A stretch of 64,000 nt of DNA from an uncultured Nitrososphaerota archaeon (GTDB lineage Archaea; Asgardarchaeota; Njordarchaeia; Njordarchaeales; Njordarchaeaceae), in contig CAZFGR010000008.1 in the NCBI GenBank assembly GCA_964518475.1, positions 11,228 to 75,227 on the forward strand, in the 5' to 3' direction. The position numbers and the translations under genes were made by a program. Shown here piece by piece: positions 21,499 through 31,289 of the stretch. How positions within the stretch are numbered: position 1 is the stretch's first letter; every line of letters begins with the position of its first letter. The notes below the pieces were generated by a model. It saw only the letters and a list, made by a program, of their open reading frames with translations, made no database searches and was not told the origin of the DNA.

Positions 21499-24230
21499 GT
21501 CTCAACACCTCGAAGCAGTTCTAATGAGTGTGCACACAAATCAGTTATCATATGCTGGAGAGTTGAAAACATCAGGATGCTCCTAATTCTTAGCTCCCAG
21601 ACCTGTATGAGAAAGTCCTTGACCAATATAATCTCGGGAAATTCATCATCATCCACATTCAGCATGCGAATGCCCTTGATATCGCCCTTAGCAATGAGGT
21701 GCTTAGTACTACCACCATAGGCTAGATTATGAACAACAATGTAATACTTCTTGATCGACTGGCGTTCTAAGATATTTTCCTCAAGTAATACCTCAACACC
21801 AAACAGCTTATTATTCACGATTGCTACATATGCTTTCATTGGAATGATCCATGGGGGTGGCGTTGACCTCCGAGATACACGCTTATCCACGATTATCGAG
21901 CCATCAAGGCTTATCAGCATGAATCTCGTATGTACAATTCCCGAGAATATGTCCCCGTACACGTAGTTTAGTGATATAAATCTCTCGCCCCCAACACTAA
22001 CAATATTTATGAAATCTTTTGATGGTCTAATCTCGCTCATATCCGTTATGTTTGGGTGATCAAGCTTTATTCTCCAAATTTCGCCATGACCAAGCTTCAA
22101 AAGTCTTATTGTGTGGTATATGTCAAATGTTGTCATTATGATCTCACTTGAACTATCACCATCAAGATCCTTAACAAACACGCTTATTGGGATAGAGAAC
22201 ATTGCTGACAAATCATATCTCCAAGCAATTGAGCCGTTGCCTGATATTGTCGGTAATGAATACTTGTGAAGATTCACCCTATATATTAGCAGAATTACGC
22301 GGGAGCCATTCAAGACTCCCGAACCAAAATAAACTAGTCTGAAGTTTTCCTCGTCCCAGTCGACTGCAAGACTGTTGATTATTGATCCATTATTGTCCCT
22401 AAGCTCAATAATCATCGAGTCTGTGGCGAAGCTCTCTCCGAAAATGCCTATCTCATCGAATCCGTCGCCGTCAATATCCGTTGCAGCACATTTAATCACG
22501 AGGACTTTTTCGTGAAATGGTTTAGTCAAGAATGCTATGGATCCATTGTCTAGGACTCCAATTAGTCTGGATGCGTAACTGTCCATTATTACGAAGTCCA
22601 TTAGAGGATCTCCATCAAGATTTGCCGCTACGAACTTTACCAGATTAGGCTGAACAATCGGGATTTTAACTTTTCTCACAGATCTTTCGACGAAGTCGTA
22701 TGCGTATATGAAGCCTCCAGACGAAATTATTGATAATTCACATTCATTATCTAGATCGATGTCACTAAATAGCAATTCTCCCTTAATCTCAGGAACGATC
22801 ACTTCTTCATTATTTAGGACCCCTAGGACGCTACCCCTTTCAATAGAGTATATACTAATGTATTTCTCTGCACCAATCGCAATATAGTATGAGCCTCTTA
22901 TTTCTGCTAGCGCCTTATAATACCAGACACTTGGAATCGGAAATGATTTGATTATGCTTAAATCATGGTCAATAACAAAAAGTTTTGAAAGAGCATTAAT
23001 GTTTCCAGCAGCCAATATCTCGTCATAGTGGTCAGAATCTATATCATGAACAAATACTATTTGCGTAGAGGACGTGTTAAGGTTTATCGAATTCAGGACA
23101 GCTCCATTAATGTCCATTAGAATTATTCTTCCCGCCGCGTTAAATAGTAGATGTGTTTCGCCATCATGATGCACAAGTGATGCAAATTCTCCTTCAAAAC
23201 TAAATCTGACTGTCTTTATTATCGAGTTTTCATTTGATGCTAAAATGAGGGCTGTGTTGTTCTCGAGGAAGATTGTGAAAACGAGCTCCTCCTTAGAGTC
23301 GTTGTTGATGTCCTCGAAAAACATTGAACACGTTCTCATCCCGTCGGGCCCAACATCAATTCTTGAAAGAGTGTTTATTGATCCGTCATTCCTCATAACG
23401 ATGAGGGATAGATAACCATTCATCCACGAAGCCATAAATATTTCATCGAGATGATCATTGTTGAGATCCCTAGCACCAATTAGAATTTCTTCAATAGGGG
23501 GTATAATTGGTCCAAAATCGTAAGTTTTCTCCCATAATATATCTCCATGAGATATTGCTAGAATATGAGTCTTATGTTCCCAAATCCATCCACCATCCCT
23601 CTGCACTCCGAATGATATTAGAGCAAGGATCTCTGGAGACCCATCACCATCCAGTTCAGCTTCAGCAAACGTTACAGACCATAGTCTATAATTCTCTTCA
23701 TCCTCACTCACACCGTATCTAAAAATCTCTCTACCATCAATCCTCCTAACAACGACGTCGCATCGAGACCACCCTTGCTCACCTTCCACGAAAATTAAAT
23801 CCTTTAATCCATCTCCATCAACATCACTGAAAAACACATCAAAGAGCGGATCCGTTACGATAACCACCTTCCCGAGGATTCTTAAATTGTCATCAAATAC
23901 AACAATCTTATTAGAGCCTCTACAGATAATCTCTGGGAGAGAATCAGAATCAACATCCATAACATCGTAAATCCTTATGTCGCTTTCCTTTTCTCTCTCA
24001 TAGACTATGGTAACATACTCATTAGCAAGCATTATTTTTGTGTACTCATCAATCAGGAAGAGATCATCGCTACCAATCCTTAGGGTGCAAATACCGAGAA
24101 AACGCATCTCATAATAACCTTCAAACTCATGTTCAAGAACCAGCTTAGCCTGCGGAAAAACAACAAAATACACGAGTACGGAGAAACAAATAATAAGAAT
24201 CACGGCGAGAGCCTTGATCTCTCGCCTCAT
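21486..24230 (-). CDS. Secreted FG-GAP/VCBS repeat (beta-propeller, Ca-binding) protein
   Basis: N-terminal signal/TM and about 11 DxDxDGxxE/D motifs (e.g. DVDGDGLKDL, DIDGDGFDEI). Confidence 0.8.
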   Translation of the reverse strand: MRREIKALAVILIICFSVLVYFVVFPQAKLVLEHEFEGYYEMRFLGICTLRIGSDDLFLIDEYTKIMLANEYVTIVYEREKESDIRIYDVMDVDSDSLPEIICRGSNKIVVFDDNLRILGKVVIVTDPLFDVFFSDVDGDGLKDLIFVEGEQGWSRCDVVVRRIDGREIFRYGVSEDEENYRLWSVTFAEAELDGDGSPEILALISFGVQRDGGWIWEHKTHILAISHGDILWEKTYDFGPIIPPIEEILIGARDLNNDHLDEIFMASWMNGYLSLIVMRNDGSINTLSRIDVGPDGMRTCSMFFEDINNDSKEELVFTIFLENNTALILASNENSIIKTVRFSFEGEFASLVHHDGETHLLFNAAGRIILMDINGAVLNSINLNTSSTQIVFVHDIDSDHYDEILAAGNINALSKLFVIDHDLSIIKSFPIPSVWYYKALAEIRGSYYIAIGAEKYISIYSIERGSVLGVLNNEEVIVPEIKGELLFSDIDLDNECELSIISSGGFIYAYDFVERSVRKVKIPIVQPNLVKFVAANLDGDPLMDFVIMDSYASRLIGVLDNGSIAFLTKPFHEKVLVIKCAATDIDGDGFDEIGIFGESFATDSMIIELRDNNGSIINSLAVDWDEENFRLVYFGSGVLNGSRVILLIYRVNLHKYSLPTISGNGSIAWRYDLSAMFSIPISVFVKDLDGDSSSEIIMTTFDIYHTIRLLKLGHGEIWRIKLDHPNITDMSEIRPSKDFINIVSVGGERFISLNYVYGDIFSGIVHTRFMLISLDGSIIVDKRVSRRSTPPPWIIPMKAYVAIVNNKLFGVEVLLEENILERQSIKKYYIVVHNLAYGGSTKHLIAKGDIKGIRMLNVDDDEFPEIILVKDFLIQVWELRIRSILMFSTLQHMITDLCAHSLELLRGVETWLG

Positions 24231-24543
24231 TGGAATCCCAGTAAGTAAATATTTATATCAAATGGTATAATAAGCTACGTTTCAAATTTATATTTTTACC
24301 CCTCGTCTCGTGCGACCTCTTCGAGTCCGATATCAGCCCCATTCATAATCATCAGTAATTTTCCATGGATCCTCGCCCTCGCCAATCTGTAGAAAGAGAG
24401 TCCTAACAAAAAGCCATTAACTGTCAAGAACTTGTGCGGAGAGACGATGATCATATTTTTGATGAATCCCAACTACATCTTTTCTTTTTTAAAAAATAAA
24501 TTTAAAAAATAAAATGATTATGGATAAGAATCTCGACTAATTT

Positions 24544-25845
24544 CTAGTAGGGTAGTCTGTAGTGCTTAATAACTATGTCTGCTAATCCTAGTTTCTCTAA
24601 AGTACTTATCGGGACTTGTAAGGACACTTGTACTATTCCCGGTAATCTGCCGATTTCAACAGCTCCTGTGATAGTAACTCGGTTAAGAACTTCTTCGTAA
24701 CTCATGTTGAATAGTTTCGCAGCTCTCTCAAATCCTCTTTTAGCAGCATCATTTATGGTTGGGCCAGAACCAATTACTTGGAGCGGGGCTACTTGTTCGA
24801 TATCGATACCCAATTTCTTAGCTAATCCACTCACATACTCCCACTCGTCTTTTCGCCACGGTTTTGCGAGAGGAGGCAAGTCCTCCTCTGGGGGCAGTAG
24901 TAATGGACCATCTAAATTCAGGTTCTTCAACACTTCAAGCTTTAGGGTGACCCTTGCTGAAATATCAGTGGTGTGACCAGCTACTTCTCCATCTCCCTGC
25001 ATAGCATGTGCGTCACCAGCGTATACCCCCGCTCCCCTTACTTTAACTGGAGCTATAACAATAGCGCCTTCCCTCGCAGAGTCGATATCTAAGTGTCCAT
25101 CGGTTAGAGCAGTCTCGTATTGTTCCTTAGTTATTCTGTAGGGGTGAGGAGCATCTATTAAGAAGTATCCGAAATCACCAGCATTGTGAGAATCGGGAAT
25201 ATCCACTGCTGGGACTGTTCCTAGTTGACCTAGGAACGGTCTTAATCTGGTAGGCACACCTACCAAATCAGCTTTATTGAAAATAAGTATCGGGACTTGC
25301 TTGGATTTTTCTGGAATAGCTCCCCATTCCCAAGCATTCTCCGCTATTTTCCTCGCAAACTCGGGATTCACTGTGATAGCGTATTTTTTCTCATCATCAA
25401 AAACTATAGTGTATCCGTGAACCATATCAAAAGGCGCTGCCGCTGCCCCGCATTTCTTACATTTTATCGCCTCTCTGCCAATTCCCTTCACTTCGAATTC
25501 CGGCCATGGTTCTCTACAGACTGGGCAACGCTTAGCAACGTATGGATCACCGACAAAAGCTCCCTCAACTGGTTTATCAACACCTGATGAAGATGCTTTT
25601 GAACGCACCTCGATCTTTTCAATCCTTATTACTACAGCATCACCTATTTCCGCCTTCTCAACAGCTACAGGAGTATTAACCTCATGACCACCTCTCAGCG
25701 TTGGCGTAATCATAGGCCCCCAGCATCCAGGGGTCGTAATAAAAACTACTCTTCCCCCATCACTCACCGGACCCAGCATGCGTGAATGCGGCCCAATAAT
25801 ACCATTTGTATATTCATCCACAACTAACTCGGAAGAGCTAGTCAT
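24544..25845 (-). CDS. Acetamidase/formamidase family protein
   Basis: PVAVEKAEIGD, PFLGQLG, GHLD, GDAHAMQGDGEV. Confidence 0.88.
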   Translation of the reverse strand: MTSSSELVVDEYTNGIIGPHSRMLGPVSDGGRVVFITTPGCWGPMITPTLRGGHEVNTPVAVEKAEIGDAVVIRIEKIEVRSKASSSGVDKPVEGAFVGDPYVAKRCPVCREPWPEFEVKGIGREAIKCKKCGAAAAPFDMVHGYTIVFDDEKKYAITVNPEFARKIAENAWEWGAIPEKSKQVPILIFNKADLVGVPTRLRPFLGQLGTVPAVDIPDSHNAGDFGYFLIDAPHPYRITKEQYETALTDGHLDIDSAREGAIVIAPVKVRGAGVYAGDAHAMQGDGEVAGHTTDISARVTLKLEVLKNLNLDGPLLLPPEEDLPPLAKPWRKDEWEYVSGLAKKLGIDIEQVAPLQVIGSGPTINDAAKRGFERAAKLFNMSYEEVLNRVTITGAVEIGRLPGIVQVSLQVPISTLEKLGLADIVIKHYRLPY

Positions 25846-26065
25846 AAAGAAGACCCCTATAAAGCAGTCTATAAAATGTTGAAGTTAAAAGAGTTAAAAA
25901 ATGTGTGCATTCTAAAAATTCAGCAATTTTTTCACACCGCATATGGAGAGTTTTTCAACCTCATTATAACGATGCTATATTTTCCTAAATGCCAAGTAAA
26001 GACTTATAAAATATTGTAAACTTAGCTTATATTGAATAGGATCTCTGTCTCGGAGATGCTTCTCT

Positions 26066-26344
26066 ATGAATTGCAAGAATTGTAAATTCTACATCCCCTC
26101 TGAAATATTTCCAAAAATAGGCACTTGCTCGGCAACGGCAACCACAGTATTCGCCGACGACTCCTGCGAAAAAATATCACCCATAGACATAGAAGAAGCA
26201 ATCAAGGAGACAGGAAAAATCTACTGCCTAACATGCAGAACATGGGTCTTTGAGTGGAACCTAGATAAGCATAGAGACCATGTATTCTCCTTAGACGTCA
26301 TTGATGATGAATTCCTCCACGAAGAAATCAACGCTGTTGACTAG
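26066..26344 (+). CDS. Small Cys/His-rich metal-binding protein
   Basis: CKNC-x14-C-x12-C plus CLTC..H..H; acidic tail. Confidence 0.65.
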   Translation: MNCKNCKFYIPSEIFPKIGTCSATATTVFADDSCEKISPIDIEEAIKETGKIYCLTCRTWVFEWNLDKHRDHVFSLDVIDDEFLHEEINAVD

Positions 26345-26635
26345 AAATTCCCACGCTAGAGACCTCGAGCAAAGTTGTAAATAACTAATTGACTTGCAAC
26401 CAAACTAGAAGAAAAGATATATAGTACTTCCTTATAGAATTTTCAGGATCAGAGAAGTCAAGCCTAATATGTAAATCGGATTCTCTGGGCATAATAAAGA
26501 AAATCCTAAAAAGGAATTGAGAGTATTCTAAATCTAATCTATTGGTATTTTCGTAAGGTTTTTAAGGAATTAATAATATGTCTATTATGTAATGATTCCC
26601 TTCAAGTAATGACTATTTAAGAGAGATAACGATGC

Positions 26636-26986
26636 TTGACCTCAGCTCTATCTTGTCTATTCTTTATAGTGCGTCTTTATAGTGCGGCTTTTATCGCCCT
26701 CTGGTTAATGTTAACAGTTTTTGCCATAATAGGTTACCAAAATAAGAGAAAAACAGGATTTCTACTATTGAGCATCTCAGGACTGCTTCTTATAGCTGCC
26801 CGTGCTTTTAATCTATACTTGTTTTACCTCCTGATCTCGTCCGAAGGTATTGGAAACATCATAAATACTATAACCACAATAAACATGATCACAACTATGA
26901 CTGCCTTATTAGGGACAATCCTATTAGTTATTGGGGTCGCTCTATTGGCTTTTGAGCGGGAAAGTCCAAGTCAGTACCAGATGTAA
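26636..26986 (+). CDS. Hypothetical membrane protein
   Basis: Three hydrophobic segments. Confidence 0.5.
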   Translation: MTSALSCLFFIVRLYSAAFIALWLMLTVFAIIGYQNKRKTGFLLLSISGLLLIAARAFNLYLFYLLISSEGIGNIINTITTINMITTMTALLGTILLVIGVALLAFERESPSQYQM

Positions 26987-27061
26987 AAGATAGAAAACAT
27001 AAACAACATACATAATTCTTTTTCCGCAAATCATTTTTTTTCTCTTTGATCAAGCCTAGTT

Positions 27062-27895
27062 TTATACTGTAGGGGGTATGACTCCTCCTAATCTGAGGAC
27101 TTCGAGTCCTTCTTTTTCTAATCGGTCTAGGAATGGGTTGATGCCTACGGAGTCGCTCGCGATGTGTCCGGAGATTATTAGGTTGCCCTTGTTTTCTGCT
27201 CTTAGTTTCATTAAGTCTCCTGGGGATATGTGTATGTAAACAACTGTGTCAATGCCGTATTCGAAGTATTTGGATGCTACTTCGTAGCCTCCGTTTGTTA
27301 ATGCTCCGTGGGATACTACTACTTTCCCTACTGGATTCTCTGGTGATCCAACCTCTACTAGGATCTTTGTTTTTGCGTATTTGAATTCTTTAAGCGTGTA
27401 CAGTGCGTCGATAACGTCTTGAACCTTTGGATTCTGCCTTCCCTTTAGGTATTTATCAATTGTTTCCTGCATTATTCTGCGGCCTATCTCGTCTAGTGGG
27501 TTATGAATATTCATGAATGGTATTTTGAGAAGTCTGGCTATTGAGTCTACTAAATCATAATTGCGGATATGCCCAGTTATCTTTATTTCCAATAATTTCT
27601 TCTGCACAGCTTTTTCAGCTTCTTCTCTAGGAACCCCTGCTTTAACCATCTGATCTACGTGTTTTAGGAAGACTTTCCAGGCGTTAACGCAGGCAGATGT
27701 ATAGTGGTGTGAAATTACTAAATCATAGCCTAGTTGTTTTGCTAGGATGAGGATTGATGGATCCGGATCTATTGTGAAAATTACTCTGTTAATATCTTTT
27801 CCCGGGACATATATGGCGCTGTCAGGGGGCACTTCATCGAAACCAGCCATTTCTAAGGCGATCTGCATGATTTCTTCAGTATCCAAACTAATCAC
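27062..27895 (-). CDS. NIF3-like dinuclear metal-centre protein
   Basis: FTID, ISHH, IHNPLD, GHIASDS. Confidence 0.7.
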   Translation of the reverse strand: MISLDTEEIMQIALEMAGFDEVPPDSAIYVPGKDINRVIFTIDPDPSILILAKQLGYDLVISHHYTSACVNAWKVFLKHVDQMVKAGVPREEAEKAVQKKLLEIKITGHIRNYDLVDSIARLLKIPFMNIHNPLDEIGRRIMQETIDKYLKGRQNPKVQDVIDALYTLKEFKYAKTKILVEVGSPENPVGKVVVSHGALTNGGYEVASKYFEYGIDTVVYIHISPGDLMKLRAENKGNLIISGHIASDSVGINPFLDRLEKEGLEVLRLGGVIPPTV

Positions 27896-27971
27896 CCATG
27901 ACTAGGGATTAAACTAGAGAAAGGATTGTAGAATTAAAAATTAACGCACTAACTTTATGGATTACGAATCA

Positions 27972-28256
27972 TCAAGATCTCAAATGCTGGTATTCCTTTA
28001 CTTTTCCATGAGCACTACTTTTGAGGAATAATATCCGTCTCTTGTAGGATTCTCTGGTAACTAGGTGTATCGTATAGATTATTGAGAAGATTAATAATAC
28101 ACCAAGTTGCATAGAGATCATTAAAAGGTAAGCTGGAGTAGCTAATGCTGGGGCCACTGTTTTTAAGGCTAGGTACGCGAAGCCTCGTTCTGTTTCTCCG
28201 ATTATTGATTGAAAAAGGGCTCCTGCGAAAAACGTTGTCGTCAACGCTAGAGTCAT
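27972..28256 (-). CDS. Small membrane protein
   Basis: Hydrophobic segments; co-oriented with 28273-28524. Confidence 0.45.
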   Translation of the reverse strand: MTLALTTTFFAGALFQSIIGETERGFAYLALKTVAPALATPAYLLMISMQLGVLLIFSIIYTIHLVTRESYKRRILFLKSSAHGKVKEYQHLRS

Positions 28257-28272
28257 TGTTGTTATAATTGGT

Positions 28273-28524
28273 TTAGTCAGTACTTCCGCTTCTTTGAAAA
28301 AACACTTTATTTATCCATCTTATCACTATTTCACATCCTACCATTCCAACTATGCCAAATACCATAGTTCCTATAGAGGCTGTTGAGATGGGTAATTCAA
28401 GTATTTTTAATAGATCCGTGATTAGCCATGAAAAGCCAAAGGCGAAGATAGAAAAGAATATAAACTGAATAATCCTAACCCTAAATATGAGGTTTATCCG
28501 CCTTATCTCCTGCTCCGAGCTCAT
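28273..28524 (-). CDS. Small two-TM membrane protein
   Basis: Two TM helices; upstream GCGGTGA SD-like sequence. Confidence 0.6.
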   Translation of the reverse strand: MSSEQEIRRINLIFRVRIIQFIFFSIFAFGFSWLITDLLKILELPISTASIGTMVFGIVGMVGCEIVIRWINKVFFQRSGSTD

Positions 28525-28572
28525 AATGGTTCACCGCAACCTGAATTCTCAAAAGCCTTTAAATGACTTGCG

Positions 28573-28908
28573 GTGATAAAAATATACGGTGTTAAACAAT
28601 CATGTTCGAAAAACTTGAACAGGTCTAGGGCTAGAGGGCCCGTATTAAAGATTTTTGCGAAATATTTTGTATCGGGAATCTTTTTAGGTCTCTTACTGGT
28701 TCTCAATGCCTATCTTATCTTCGAAAGAACCACTATATCGGGAGAACCATTTCTCGGCAGAGGAAGAAAAGCAACTCTTCCTGCTGCTACGCCAATATCT
28801 TTTCATACATGGATTATTATCGAGCTTTTCTTGGTACTTCTACTTGTTATTATTCTTCTGGTTAAGTCGTTAAGGTCTCAGGAGACTCTTCGGTACCTGG
28901 AGATCTAA
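28573..28908 (+). CDS. Small two-TM membrane protein
   Basis: Two TM helices; start uncertain. Confidence 0.5.
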   Translation: MIKIYGVKQSCSKNLNRSRARGPVLKIFAKYFVSGIFLGLLLVLNAYLIFERTTISGEPFLGRGRKATLPAATPISFHTWIIIELFLVLLLVIILLVKSLRSQETLRYLEI

Positions 28909-28912
28909 TTTT

Positions 28913-29380
28913 TTGGTGGTGATGATGAGTAGTTCCGAGGATATCTTGAGAGGCAATACTTTGAGAATTTACTTATATATGTTAAGGAAGCGGGAGCCTG
29001 TAGGTGTTAGGGAGATTATGCGTGCACTCGGGCTTAGAAATCCAAGCCTTGCTCATTATCACCTAAACAAATTAGTTCAAGCAGGTTATGTTAAGCAGCA
29101 AGGTAGTAAGTATATTTTAGTCAAACAAGTTAAAATAGGTATTCTTAAGCAAATAATGATTATCCAGGGTATTCTATTTCCCCGATTCGCACTATATTTT
29201 GGCCTTTTTCTCAGCTTTTTTATGACGGAGATAGTATTGGTTCTTCATGAGCAATTCCAAATAGCTTCTCTTATCTCCCTCGTATCTTTAGGCATAGGAG
29301 CTGGCATCATGTTATTGGAGACCGTTAATCTAATAAAGGAACTCCAGCCCTACATAAGAGAGACCAAGGAGAATGACTAG
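28913..29380 (+). CDS. Winged-HTH regulator with two C-terminal TM helices
   Basis: LRGNTLRIYLYML..PVGVREIMRALGL.NPSLAHYHLNKL followed by two hydrophobic helices. Confidence 0.8.
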   Translation: MVVMMSSSEDILRGNTLRIYLYMLRKREPVGVREIMRALGLRNPSLAHYHLNKLVQAGYVKQQGSKYILVKQVKIGILKQIMIIQGILFPRFALYFGLFLSFFMTEIVLVLHEQFQIASLISLVSLGIGAGIMLLETVNLIKELQPYIRETKEND

Positions 29381-29430
29381 AGACCAAATTATTTTGTGGG
29401 CAGTTGTTGAAGTTTCCGGACATTCTTTTA

Positions 29431-29475
29431 TCTAATTTTGATTAGTCTAATCATGCTTAGTCTAATCTTATTTAG
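29431..29475. repeat. Triple 15-bp tandem palindrome CTAAT-N4-ATTAG upstream of decayed ATPase B
   Basis: TCTAATTTTGATTAG / TCTAATCATGCTTAG / TCTAATCTTATTTAG. Confidence 0.82.
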
Positions 29476-29484
29476 ACAGCAATT

Positions 29485-29740
29485 GTGATAGATACTTTTT
29501 CATCAATAGGGGGCCGGAATTAGAGTACTTAGAGAAATGCTGGAGGACATATAGGACGGGTTGGTTATTGTGTGGGATCGTAGACGTGCAAGAAAACGTG
29601 TCTATTACTAGAGTATTCCAGAAACAAGAACCCACTTTCCTTTGGTGTTTTTATGAGTCCAAGTCTTCGCTTCTAAGTTTTTTACCAAAAGAGATTAGGA
29701 GACGACTAAATATCTCACTCCCGGCTATATTTTTTCCGAT
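29485..29740 (+). pseudogene. Heavily decayed N-terminal remnant of an archaeal ATPase (paralog B)
   Basis: Manual translation across frameshifts gives FINRGPELEYLEKCW..LVIVWDRRRARK.CLLLEY, matching FIDREEEL..LVVIYGRRRVGKT. The end point is approximate. Confidence 0.7.
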
Positions 29741-30042
29741 CAGAATAAAACTACAAGATTGAAAATGAAGTCAAGAATTATTACCTTTATCTAGGGGCAT
29801 TAAAAAATACGAAAACAAAAAAGTAAAAATGATACAAGAAGAATCGAAGCAAATTAAGCCATAGAGAACTCAAGTTAGAAAATATATTTTGTAAAAGAGG
29901 GATAATTTTTTTGAAACTGGGGAACGAAAATAAAACCATAAAAAATAAATATTCTTTACTAATTTGTCGTCAATGATATGTAATAATAACTTACCTATTT
30001 ATCGTTAAACACCTCTACGGGACTGAAATATAGGGGTGAATT

Positions 30043-31155
30043 ATGAGAAAAAGTATAGCCATCCTTGCAATTGGCCTAGTTTCTGTTTTGCTCTTGTCTT
30101 TGCTTTATACATCTCCCCAAATTCCCATTAATGCTGATCCTGACGGAGATGGATTACCAACTGTAAAAGAGCAATCCTTAGGTACTGATCCTAATGACCC
30201 AGACACCGATAATGACGGATTAAACGACGGAGAAGAAGTCGATAGATATGGAACTAGTCCAGTAGATTTCGACACTGACGGAGACGGGCTTGGAGACGGA
30301 GAAGAAGTTAAGAAATACGGTACAGATCCCAAAGACCTTGATACAGACGACGATGGATTAAACGACGGAGAAGAAGTAAAAAGTTACGGAACCGATCCGA
30401 AAAAAACAGATACTGATGGAGACGGACTAAACGACAGAGTTGAAGTAAAGAATTTTCTCACAGATCCTAATGACCCGGATACAGACGACGATGGATTAAA
30501 CGACGGAGAAGAAGTATATGAGTACAAGACAGATCCCAGAGACCCGGATACAGACGACGATAAACTTTTAGACGGCCAAGAAGTAGAGAAAGGGACTGAT
30601 CCTAATGACCCAGACACCGATAATGATGGATATTCTGACGGTAATGATCTTTTCCCACTATTCGATGCTCATCTCAAGATACACATGGATTACTGGAAAG
30701 AATGGCGAGCAGGAGACACGTTAAACGGTGGGGATCCGTATTTCGTAATCTCAATCTATATTAAACAGGCTAATAGCTTAGTTCAATATTACTCTACAAC
30801 TATTGATGTTCAAGATGATATTATAGAAGCTTGGGACCTATTCACATTAACGGTCAATATTCCAGATAGTGCCCACTATTTACTGATAGTGATAGATGCT
30901 TGGGATGCCGATGTAGATGCCGATGATCACTATGATATAAATGGAAATGATCCATCAAAATATGCCCTTGAAATAGAATTCAATGTGCTTTCGAAGAAAT
31001 TAACAGTTGAAGGAAATGGGCTTTCGGATGGAGAAGAACCGACAGGAGGACTTACAGATGCCTATGCTAAAGTTACGATAGAAATCGTAAAACCTGTTAC
31101 TGTATCACTAACTCCTTTCAGTATAGTTTCAACCTTTCCTTTCTTTTTATCCTAA
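30043..31155 (+). CDS. Secreted protein with about seven 23-aa DxDxDGLxDGEE (TSP3-like Ca-binding) repeats
   Basis: Signal peptide; repeated [20 protein letters not shown]; near-identical DNA copies. Confidence 0.85.
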   Translation: MRKSIAILAIGLVSVLLLSLLYTSPQIPINADPDGDGLPTVKEQSLGTDPNDPDTDNDGLNDGEEVDRYGTSPVDFDTDGDGLGDGEEVKKYGTDPKDLDTDDDGLNDGEEVKSYGTDPKKTDTDGDGLNDRVEVKNFLTDPNDPDTDDDGLNDGEEVYEYKTDPRDPDTDDDKLLDGQEVEKGTDPNDPDTDNDGYSDGNDLFPLFDAHLKIHMDYWKEWRAGDTLNGGDPYFVISIYIKQANSLVQYYSTTIDVQDDIIEAWDLFTLTVNIPDSAHYLLIVIDAWDADVDADDHYDINGNDPSKYALEIEFNVLSKKLTVEGNGLSDGEEPTGGLTDAYAKVTIEIVKPVTVSLTPFSIVSTFPFFLS

Positions 31156-31289
31156 ACTCCAAAACTCGGTGTTTGAAAAAGAAGAGAGCTTAGAAAGAGA
31201 ATGCACTTCTTCAGTTTCTAGGGAACGCTAGGAAATTACTATAGCTAAAGAAACTACAAAGTTTTAAGAAGGATTAATTAAAAAATTTC

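Noticed and set aside
24301-24360. Possible C/D-box sRNA on the minus strand (CUGAUGA ... CUGA)
   Set aside because: No convincing C' or terminal D box. The same bases read as the C-terminal remnant of a membrane protein.
29568-29762. ORF 29568-29762 as a real protein
   Set aside because: It is a mixed-frame read through the decayed ATPase relic.
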